Notes under the pieces: model-generated
The model's input: only the letters and a program-made list of their open reading frames with translations
What the model was told of the DNA's origin: nothing
The model's database searches: none
Part shown: one piece after another, positions 37,701-49,700 of the stretch
Layout of the letters: every line of letters begins with the position of its first letter
Numbering within the stretch: position 1 is the first letter of the stretch
Made by a program: the position numbers and the translations under genes
NCBI GenBank assembly: GCA_030141605.1
Contig: JAQGDQ010000004.1
Span: 1,736,001 to 1,800,000 of the forward strand
Source: Tubiluchus corallicola
Taxonomy: Eukaryota > Animalia > Priapulida
Reading direction: 5' to 3'
Length of the DNA stretch: 64,000 nt

Positions 37701-40700
37701 CTGTAATTTTTCCATTAAAGTCAGAAAAAGTCAATTGCTACTGCAAATACATTGTCGATTCTTGCAGTTATAGCACTGAGCTCATATACTTTGACGGGAA
37801 AATGTCTGCTTACAGGTCACGTTATTTTCTTAATCGTACGTAGTAATAATCGCTATTAAAAAGTTTGATTTAATGCGACAATGAATTTCATTAATAAAAT
37901 GCATGTATGTATGTCGCTAGCCGGCACTTGGTTAGCATTTGGCTGACATTTGTTTAGCATTTTATATACTGTACTCAAGTAAGAAGATCTGTAAGACGCC
38001 CAGGCAATAGATGCCCAATTTCAAAATTTGACTATGGCTTCCCAATTTACAGCTCTGGAAGCCATCTGTTATAGTAATATATTGTCATTACCACGTTTCT
38101 TATTACACTAACATTGTTCAGTTGGAGTTTGCGATTTAGCATAATTCGATGGCATTTATGCTGTCATTTAAAGGGAAATATTTAGGTGAACTTTTTGTGT
38201 GGTCCAGCACAGTTTAGCCTGCTGCTTAGGGTCCAAACATATGAAGTTGCAGTGTCAAGTGAAATGGTCAGTGGTGAGTTAAACCTTTGGTTCTCGTAAG
38301 AGTATAGACACTGTTTTTAACGTCTTAATTTCGGCTTCAAGCCATTCACTATTTTGGCGCTTAGCCAAGAGAAATAGACAGTTGCCAGACTCGTGACTTA
38401 TCCCCTCCCACGATGTCGCTGCTGAGAGTAATCTCTTGCTTTCACCACTCGCCGGCTAATCCATGCTATACATGAAAAACTAATGTACGAAGTTCGTTTT
38501 AGTTTGTCTGCTTTGGTTTGCTTTTAAAAAAATTGTGTGGTTATTTGAATGACGATGTTTTCTTTTTAGGTTTTTTGTCTGCCAAGCTATCCGGCATTTT
38601 ACGGGCAAGATTCGTTTTAGCTTTCGGTGCGATAAAAACATTTATCCCCTTATAGCAAACTAAAAACTTGAATTTCTTAAATGGGCGGGTAGAACGATCT
38701 CTAGGCGCATCTCTGGCAGGACATGCAGGGAGTATTTATTAAAGCAAAAACCATTGCTGTTTGTTCTAAATGCCAAATTGCAGTACAGTGTTTACCATAG
38801 GATCAAAGTTTGTCACGTTTGTTGATATTTTACACGTTCTGATGATATTAATTACATCAGCTGTCGTTTGTTCAAGTGCAGCTCATGTGGGATTCAGATT
38901 CAATAATTCATTAGTGAGAAATCCAGTAAGTGCTCAGTTTAATGCATTCAATGAAAACAGTAAGCACGGAAATGTTTTCAAACGCCAGAAATAAAAAACG
39001 TCCAGAACAAATGTAACACAATTGATAAAGTGCCAAAATGGCATATCACTTTAGGTTGAAAGTATTTCGTATGACCCTTCACATACGAGTGACAGCTAGG
39101 ACAAACAGTTGACGGTTTTAATACAATGAACTAGTATCTATCTGAATAATTGGAATAATCTGGGCCTGCACGTTAAAAGTACATTTGAGAAATGCGTAAT
39201 ATTCGGTTTAATTCCAAAAAATTGTTTATTTCAGTTTTTTAACCGCATTATATTTCTTAACCGTCTGACTGCAGATATGGAGCTCCAGGCGTAGAATTCT
39301 ATGGAGCACACGAGGAAGAGGAACATGTGGGTGTGAGAAAACTTTACTTTCTGCCTAATCAGGTAAGGTTAATGCTAAAAGCATATCAAGAGAGTCTCAT
39401 GTCATTTCGTTTGGTGTTGTATGGCCATGGATGGAGACTTGTTTTGTATGTCGTGAAATTACCAGAATTTATTTTGTGTGGTTACTATTGAGTTATTCTG
39501 CATGATGTGCTATTATCATTACTTGCTTTGTGTTATTACACGGCTTAGGTCAACTTCCGTATATGAATGTTGTTTTATTAACGTAATTTAATTTGTGTAA
39601 TTACCTATGCTAAGCCCTGCATATTATAAGTGATACAGTGAATGGGCCTGTTTGGTTTATTATTCATCACCCACATTCAGTGAGTTCATTATAAATTTCC
39701 ATTTCTGTACAGCCATGCAATTATGTCACTATAATGTTCTGTTAGCATGTTGACTACACAGCGTCGCTTAGCTCATTCACAATTTCACATCAAGCAACCA
39801 ATAAAGCTCTAGCTTTCATTTATCGCAATCATCCTCTCTGCAGAGGAGCTAGGTGGCATTAAAGCCTGCCTCATGTTAAATTTGATTAATATGCCAAGTA
39901 ATGATTGTGCCAGTTTCCCGACTTGCACCGCTTACGTACTGTATACCTGAATCATGATTCATTAATATACGTGGTATGTACGCCTGAGGATTGTACGTTA
40001 AGGTTCTACTTAACAAGGGTGGAGAATACATAACGTATTGCTTTATAAATCACTGTAATTTGATTTATTATCTACCACTTTATGTTAAATGCTTTGGTTT
40101 ATGGTAAAATCCATTCACGATTAGAGGAGCCATTGCCTTCTATACTGCAGATGTTACAGTAATTTAAATAGTAGTTTGAACTATTCTATTGTTTATATCA
40201 GTTCATGATATTAGATTTTTATATAGCAGAGCATACTTGACAACAGAATTTAAGTAATGCCAAACGTGATCGGTAAGTGGATGGGTGATCACCAGGAAGA
40301 TTGATTCTTTAACTCGTTGAGGCAAGGTATATACCAGTGTGGCTAATATACCCTGAGATACACCTGTCTCTGTAGTGCCTTGCGCAGAGGACTATTCTTT
40401 GTAATTAGCTGGATTTTAGTACTGCCACAATGCTTTACATTGTAGCTATTGAGTGCTATGTATAACACGCTACATTCGTGCATAAAAACATTCGTGCATG
40501 TCTTTTTGTCGTGTTCTGAATGCTACACTTCCCTATCAAAATAAAATTATCAAAAAATCTAGTCATTGTCATATACTTATAGTTCCGAGAATTTGTAAAA
40601 AGCTAATTTTTAGTGTAGTAGTTATTAAATTAAACGTGTCTTCAAAAAGATTACACATGTAATATGTTATTTATGCCAAACTACACGCCTGGTGACATAC

Positions 40701-43700
40701 ATGGAATTGACTCCTAGCTGGTTCAAATTAACAAACTGCTGCACTAAGTCGTCTGTTTTGTCAGCATTTCATTTCATCGAGTCATTTTTGGCAGCACTTT
40801 TCTGCAACTTCGCCTTTTATATTGTTTGTTTATGGTTTTATGGTCTCAGCAAAAGGTGCAGCAATAAGTGCTTTATTGACACTTCGATGTTATGGATTTT
40901 ATAACGCCTTCACAATCTTCGATTTTTGTTGAAAACGTTTTATTTGAAATTTATGACGCCACTGTGCAAACTTCAAAATCTCTCAGATGGAGCAGTAATG
41001 TAAGATGAAATATGTATGGTAAAATGTGAATGCCTATTTGGCAGAAGCTAACAGTGAGACACCCCATATTATCATTACTTTAAGTTGTTATGCATTTTAA
41101 CTTTATAAAGTAAAAAATAAAAATTTCTTATCTGAATGAGGATCAATTTATTTATTTATGTATTTTTGGAATCTGAACTAGAGTATTTAAAAAGTATGTA
41201 GATTGCAAATCTGCAACGCCTTTTTCAGTCCAGACTTTTTACATTCCAGAAAAAATTTAATAAAACAAAATTTGCAAGTAAAAAAGGTATAAAATTTAAT
41301 GGAATATTTTTTTACTTATAATTGTGGTTTTTCCCTGGACGATCTTCTGTTATCCAGCAGGCTCAGACTACGTATTAGCAACAGCTGTAAATTTCAAGAA
41401 AGGCGTTAGTGAAGCAATGCATTCACAACGGTTCACTGCCGATCTATAAATAAGTTTAGTTTAATAAATAACGTCCTAAAATTTTTTCAGCACGCTGGAA
41501 TTTTTGTGTGTGTTTGTTGTTCAACACTTCAAATGAAAAATGTATGAAAAGATCGAGTATATGCTGCCATCTAGTACCCACATTTAAACATTCCCTGAAA
41601 AGTTAAAAAACATAATTTTCTCCTTTGTATATTACACATCCAGTTTCTTTCAAATTAAGTTATTTACAAACAAAAACATGAAGCTAGGTTTTGCGCCCTC
41701 TGTATACTATATAATTGCCAACTTTTAGGTATAACGTCACTAATTTGGTGCTTTTCACAATCGTATAGTATTCTTGGATTTCATGTCTTTCTTCATCACA
41801 TAGCATTTGTCGTCATTAAGTTAATGAAGCGTAATAATATGAGTTTATTTTATTACATTTCACTAATATTATTTTTAAATCATATTAATTTGGTAGTTTC
41901 TAGAACTTCTTTAAATTTGATGATTATTCTTTTTGATTCAGGGTCGTATCATCTCTCAGTTGGAGAACAACAGCCTTCATCTCTGGGAATGGAATTTGAA
42001 AGAGGGGAAATCAGTGCTGGAGATTGTCAAGTCATTCCAGAGTGATGAAGGGTGAGTGAAATAAAGTTGCTACACTTTGTCGTAAATGTCATTTTCATTG
42101 TTTAAAATTACCAATGAGTTTTAGTATTTCTTCTGAAATTACTTTAACGTTATCTAGAGAAATTTGAAAGATTTAAGAATTTCAGACAAGACTTTCTAAT
42201 GCAAACATAAATGTAGTTCAGAAATGAAATTGTGAGTGATTAGCATTATTAAAGCACTTGTTTTATTTTTATCACCATTGACTCATTTAATAACTGTTGG
42301 ACCATTTTCATACATATGTTTTTGCCAACACATTTTCACAACCACATTTTTAACTAAGTGCTGACTGATGGATTAATAAAGATTAGTGATTAATCTTGTT
42401 TCAAAAATTTTGACATGCTTGGTATATCCGGTTTTTAGAAATTTTGTAAAATTTTGGATATTTTGCTGTAAAACAGAAAAACAAAACCAGGTTTTAAAAT
42501 TTAGGCTGTTGCCTATGTATTACACCAGGTACATTGTTTTTGTGTTGGCAGTTATGAAAAGTCTGGATGTTTATCAATATGCTTTGTATTGACAGAGGAC
42601 CGTTTCCTTTGTTCAATTATTAATGGTTCTCTTTGCTTGACAACAGCATTACCAGTTGTCTTTCCTTACTGTTCACACCATTGGGACATAATTTAATTTT
42701 AATAAGCACCTATAATGCACAGTTTGACCTTCTACTATGGTTGCTGTTTATTTGCAAAGTGTTGAGAATCCAGATGTGTGATCACCTGAAATTATTCTCT
42801 GCTTTGTTGTCATCACCTGCTTCATTATTAACTTTGTCACAATAACAGCACAGCTGCTGCCAGGTGGAAATGAGAACTACTAGTTATTAGTTTATTACAG
42901 TTATATAGCAGGTTTATATTATTGAATTACAAGCATCTATGGTTTCATTTCAGCTCTTTGGTTTGCTAGATCATAAAGTTGTAACAAAAACGTTTTATGT
43001 TATCTGACATAAATCTACTGCATGTAATAATTACAAACCATTTATGATGTCATGATGTGTGGTATACCACACTAACAAAGCATGACTAAATTCTTATAAA
43101 ACAGAATAGGGGAGTTTTATATATGAAAATCTTGGATTAGGCAAAATAGATTAAACGTTTAGTATTTCCGTTTCTTACTTAATGCTAATGATTTCAACTG
43201 CAAGAAAAATAGTTAGCAATTTTTTATATTTGTCATGTTTCTTTAATGTTTCTTAATGCTTCTGATCATTATATAACATATCAAATAAATAAACTAGTAC
43301 AATGTAAATCTGCTATGTTTTAATACATTTTTTAATATTAAGTGATTAGAAATATTATTTAACACATTTATGTTTGTGTTGCAGGAAGAAGATTTCAACT
43401 TGCTGCCTCTGCAGTGATGCGCAGAACCTCCTCATGGGTATGGAGAATGGCAATGTTCACATGCTGGACATTCAGTCATTTGAACTCACTGATCAGGTCA
43501 TCAGTCAGGAGTTAATTATGCAAAATGCACCAGATGATTACAAGGTGAAAAACTTAGAATGTGTAACGTTATTTTTACTGCTTTTAGAGCAAATTTTGTG
43601 AACAACTTAGGTAGATATACTCATGTGTATTAACTGACTAATTATAATACACCATACTATTGATATATTGCAATAGTACGTGCTCCAGTAGCTATGTATC

Positions 43701-46700
43701 TATAAGAAATTTAATGATTATTGTGATAGTAAGGCATGCCAAAATCATTTCAATAATTTAATATCAGTCAAAATCAACGTGTGGCACATGACAAAGGACT
43801 ACAAGTAGGCACCCTCTTTAAAACATATGGTATAAGAGTATCTACAACCTCTTGTAGTGAACTCATTGTGACTGAGCTAGATTGACTGGTCCGTTTTCCA
43901 CGATACATTCAGTATTTGCTGTTGCAAAAATGAAACTTATGTTTACTTTTAATGTAGTTTATTTGGTTCAGGCTGTGTTTATGTTTAGCAGAATAGTATA
44001 TCATGTGACCTAATACTAATGCATTAGCTTGAAGTAAGCATTTTCTTGCCTTTATAGTGTTTAAAATAATTGAAATAAATTATCAGTTTAAATATCATTT
44101 ATCCTTTTGTTACTAAATAATTCCTTTTTAGTGCGTTGGCTTATTAGGTATAAAATCTTTTTACAGGTGACCCATCCTGGTGCTGTTGAAGCCATTGCCC
44201 AACACCCAAATGATCCAGACAAGTTTCTGATTGGTTATGCTCGTGGTTTGATGGTTGTATGGAATAATAGCTCCCTTTCAGCTAATGAAACTTACGTTTG
44301 TAATCAGGTGGGTTTATTCTTTAATTTATTTTTTACTCTCTACATTTTCACTGTACACAATTATTATACAGGTGTCTTTGCTCATTTATTCACCAGCCAT
44401 TGGTAGCTCAAGACTTGTACATTCTAAATGCCACTGATGCAGTACAGCATTTTAGAGTCCTTGTAATGCTGTGCATAGTACTGTTCTTAATAAGTTATTT
44501 TTTGATAGTGTATAATTGATATAAATTAATGTGTGACTAAAGAAATTGCACATGGCATGTTTAAGTTACTTAGTTGTGCCGATCTTGTTTAGTATAAATC
44601 TGTTTCTTTAAGATTTTGTGTAGTTCTTTAAAATCAGAATTGGAGAGAGAAATTGAGAAGGAATGAAACTATACAAGAGAGTCTGGAATAAGATGGAAGT
44701 AGAAGGATGAATACTATGCAATCAATTATCATGTTCTTTCTAGTATTGGCATTTCTTTTTATTATGAAAATTAGATTTCCTCGCACTTGAGATGAATACC
44801 TCAAGAATATTTTATTTTATTAAATTGACAGGAAATTTTGTGTTACATTGATTTTATGAGTCCAATTTTCACTTCAGTCTTTGGAATCGTTAACTTGGGC
44901 TCGAGATAGCAGCAAGTTTCTTAGTGCTCATAATGATGGCAGTTATATTACTTGGTCACTGACTGATTCTGCCAAGGACGATGCAGGCTCGACCACTCCT
45001 TATGGTATGAATATGCTATTTTACATAATTAAAATACGGGGACTTATTGGCTTCTTGGATGGAAATACCCTTTTTCTTGTCCTTTATATATATTGCATTG
45101 TGCAAGTTTTGTGAAACTGTGCCGTAAAAATGGCAAAGGACAAAGTTTACTTACGCATACATTGTAAGTAATTTTGTGGACTGCATGTTAAACAACTAAT
45201 TTAAAATAATAAAATACTTTTGTGTTTTGTGTAATATAAATTAATACTGTTTTCTGTTGATAAATGTAGGTCCATTTCCATGTAAACCCATCACAAAGAT
45301 TGACTATAAGACAAGCAGTGGTGACGCTTTCCTCATCTTCGCTGGTGGCATGCCACGGGCTAGCTATGGAGATCGTAACACTGTTACAATAATGAGTGGA
45401 GACCACCACCAAGTATTTGACTTTACCAGCAAACTAGTGGATTATATTGTATTATGCAATGATGCCGAAGGTATATTTAAGGATGTTTGTGTGTTATATG
45501 AGTTTTCGCATTCGAATGTGATATCATTAAACCTTTAATTAACTTTAATTAATATAGCAAAGAAATAGAAATACTGGCTGCAATCCGACTGCAACTAATT
45601 ACTTATGTCAGGATTTCTATTATGTCCTCGTGACCATGTAGAATGACTGATATACAGCTCAAAGCTTCAAGACTTAATGAAATCATGATACCGAATAGAA
45701 TTCCAAATTTTTGCAGTGTTAAGCAAATCTGTATTTTGATAATACAAGTCAGCATAATTATCCCACCATTGGCGATAATCCATTTCATTAAAAATCTTTT
45801 GTTTTCACTTTTATTTCACCATCAGGTGAAAAGCTTCAGGGCTCTAGTATGATTTTTGAGCAGAAAATACAACTGTAGTAAAAATAACCATATTATTGTG
45901 CATGCTATATGCTTTTTGGACATACAGTTTATTTAGTAAACAAAATTTAATGCCATTTCTAGTAAATTAAATCAGCATGCATTATATTTACAGAGGTTGA
46001 TGATCCACATACCTTGGTGCTACTACTCGAAGAAGAGATTATATTTGTGGATCTTCAAACAGCTGATTGGCCAGCATTCCAATTGCCTTACCTGACCAGC
46101 CTTCATGCTTCTGCGATCACCTGTGCTACACATGCTAGCGATGTGCCAGATGAACTGTGGGATAAGTTGGTAGCTGCAGGGGCCCAGCAGGCATCCCAGT
46201 TTTCTCCACGGGTAAACTGTTTTTAAACTTTATTATTTTTTCATTTACATTTTACACAACTACTTTTATACAGATTTGTGTATGTATTTTATATTCCAAA
46301 TATTATGAATATCATTACTTAACTTATTTTCTTATCTTTTTTACTATTGAAGCCACTTTTTGATATGTCAGACACCTCCTGTGAATGTCTTGTTGAGTCA
46401 CCTGGTTTGATAGCACCATTCCCTGGCCGTAAGATTTGCTGCATTTTTTTAGACTTTGGCACGACATTCAATCAGGAATCAATAGCTAATCATTTTCTGT
46501 ATCTCAGAAGTAAAAATGCCGTTGTACATCGTTTGGTAAAAGAGCAAGTGGAGTGATTATGATCATATTACCAATTGATTCGCTATTACTAATCGCCCAA
46601 ACAACAGGGTCCCAAGGTCAATCATTGTTCCAGTATTTGAGGAATTATGTCGATATCCCAAAGACAGGTGCCCAGTCAACATTTAGGAGATTTTTTTCAA

Positions 46701-49700
46701 ATTATAGTTGCTGATAACGTTACAACGACTTAATGAAGGTTAATAAAACTAGCACTATTGAATGCGACATCAATTAGAAAAATGACCACAAGCAATCAAC
46801 TGATCAATAATTGATAAAAATGCCAAAAATTTGAAAACCTTATCTTAAATTCATGTGAACCTTATAAATTTAAATGTCAGCCTTTATGGAATGATCTCTG
46901 TTTATTGAAAACTCAAATAACTCCTACTTCGCTCAGAATGAGTCTCATCTGTTAACAGTTAATAAAACTGGCAATAAAGAGAAGTCGGTCATGTTTAGGT
47001 TGAAAATAAGATAGTGCTCTTCTGAGATGTGCCATGGTCATAATCTTAAAAGAAGTTAGAATGCCCATAAATCTCAAAAAATTCTTTATTTTTTCTTCAA
47101 AGGCTTCTGCAGAAAAAGTAAAGAATTTTTTGAGATTTATGGGCATTTTAACTTCAGTCGTTTTTATATTATTTTATTTTTCCATTCAGGATTGGCCGAT
47201 CACTGGTGGTAAAAACTTAATTGAACCATCTTCAAAGAAAGATTTGCTAATGACAGGGTATGTTCTGTTCATTTTTAGTCAACCAATGATTCTTGTAGCA
47301 TTTTCATTTTATGCGCTGCTTAAACCATAAATGGACATAACAACAGTAAAGTATGTTTCTGTTCAAATATTTTTGAGGCATTTATTTACTGTTACATAAT
47401 TTTTTCAGTTGCTGTACTAGACAGTGACTAATACAAACGGTTTGCAAGATTTAGATTAAAACTCATATTTGGATATGGCAAATAAATTGAAGCATTTAGC
47501 TTATAACAGAATGTTTAAGATAAATCTTGCTTGTTTCTATCAGTGTTGAGCTTGTAATACTTGCTTTGAAGTTCAATTCTATAATGAGTAGAGCGGTTAA
47601 GAAGTGTCTGTGGTGGGAGTTGAGTTAATGATTTCCGGAATTTCTGTGCAACAGTCACGGGCAAAACTGATACCATTCTACTAACAACATTAACAAAACC
47701 ATTATAAGCATTGATTGTGCAGTATATAATTATCATATTGGCAGTTTGAGCAGAATTGATGTAATTGTGCATGCCTTTAACAGTTAGGCTGCCAATATTA
47801 TATTTCCCTTAGATTATAGGTTTTGATAGCTTGAACATTATTCATGGTAGAATCCACATTTTCGCCATTTAAACATTATGGGTTTACCGAACTTTTTTTT
47901 GAAAATGAGCTTGATGATTTGTTCGACGTTTAGGCATGAAGATGGTTCTGTTAGATTTTGGGATGCTTCGACCGTGTCTTTGCGGCTTTTGTACAAATTG
48001 CGCACATCACCATTATTTGTCGGCGAGCATGATCATAGTGAACACGAAGAAGAAGATTGGCCACCGTTCCGCAAGGTATGCCTAATTACTAATTAGACTT
48101 GTTGATTGCTGTTGTGATTATTACTGTACCGTAAGTACTCCCTTAACAAGCGTAATACATTGCAGTAAAACGCCAGATTTAAACGAGACCAGATTTTCCG
48201 TAGAAAGTAACGTAAAAGCATTAATGTATGCTCCAAGGACAAAGTCAACAAGCCTTAGTTTATATAAATTTTGCTTTATGGATTGTATGCATGTTCTTTA
48301 ATTTTTTTCTACTTGCCTGGAATGACCACATATCTTTTTTTACCCACATCTACTTTTCTTTCAAGCTGTTTTAGGGCAAATGATGCTCACTGCAGCCTTG
48401 CTGTTCTGGTGAAGTGGTTAATTTTACAGCTGAGTAAAACTTTATGGGGACATTTTTCTCTAGGCACTAGTTACTTATAGCAGCAGCCTTTAAGCTAATT
48501 TCTTTCGTGTGCAGGTGGCTGGTGTAAGTGGCAATGTGTAATGAAGTAGATCTCACGTTTGACAGTCACTCGTGAAACAATACACAAAATCGTATTATAG
48601 GTTACGTAATTTTCATTTTATGTTACTAGCAGCTCTTTTGAACAAAGTAATGTAGCAGGTAGTGTTTTTGTTATTTAAATTAGGTAAATAAGTCGTCGTT
48701 AAAATAACAAACTGGTTTGAATAGTAAAAAAATGCTGTTAAAGCAAAACATGCACCTTTTAGCAAAAGAGGTGTAAAATATTCAGCATCTTTAAAAGGAA
48801 ACATCGATGAAAATATCCTTAAGCGAGGACTTACTGTATAACAAGTTTAAAAAATTAAAATCTATAAATTTCCAGTCTGTAATTTCATAGGATATCAGTT
48901 AGAAAAGTTAAACACTATGTACTAAGCTAGCAGAAAACAAATTGCCTATTTATATTTTTTTAATGTAAATTTTGTTAATGTGTGTGCTGCTACATATACT
49001 GATCCATATAATAACTACCATTAATTATATGTAAGAATCAGTACATTTTCTGTACTGGTATGTTTGAGTAAAAAAGAAATTCATGAATGAATATATCAGT
49101 CAATCAACTATAACTATAAGCTTCATATTTGTCTTATAGGTAGGGTGTTTTGACCCATACAGTGACGATCCCCGACTTGGCATTCAGAAGATCTCCATCT
49201 GTGTATCAACTGGAACCTTGGCATTAGCAGGAACAGCAGGTCAAGTGATCATTATGAACACAACAACAGAGGAAACAGAACGAGAAGTACATGTAAGTAC
49301 GGCAGTCATTCAAAAATGATCTGCTGCATATTATTATGAACTTTATCTTGTGTGTTTTTACGGTAACTTTCAACTCTTGTTTTTTGTAGGAAATTTATGT
49401 TCAAATTGTCAATGATCGTGACAATTTCATATGGAAAGGTCATGAAGCGCTTACACCTAAAGATGACGCTATAAAGATTCCAGTCGGATTTCAGCCAATC
49501 ACAGTTCTGCAAATGACTCCTCCTGCTGCCTGCACGGCACTTGCCTTAAACTCAGAGTGGGGCTTGGTTGCAGCTGGCACTGCTCATGGGTTTGCGTTGT
49601 TTGATTACGTACAGAAAAAACCCGTAATGTCACGATGCACACTGAATCCTACCAATATGACTGGTACAAGCGAGAGTGGCATGGCACGAAGAAAATCCCT

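Larger units (their letters stand above)
18367..39274 (+). other. U12-type (minor spliceosome) GT-AG intron, 20,908 nt
   Basis: 5'ss GTATCCTTT; branch TTCTTAAC at 39254-39261, branch A 14 nt from the end of CAG; no polypyrimidine tract; the join restores RI|YGAPGVEF. Confidence 0.9.

Noticed and set aside
40240-40300. 5S rRNA gene
   Set aside because: Only a degenerate internal-promoter-like segment; 5S ends and terminator are missing.
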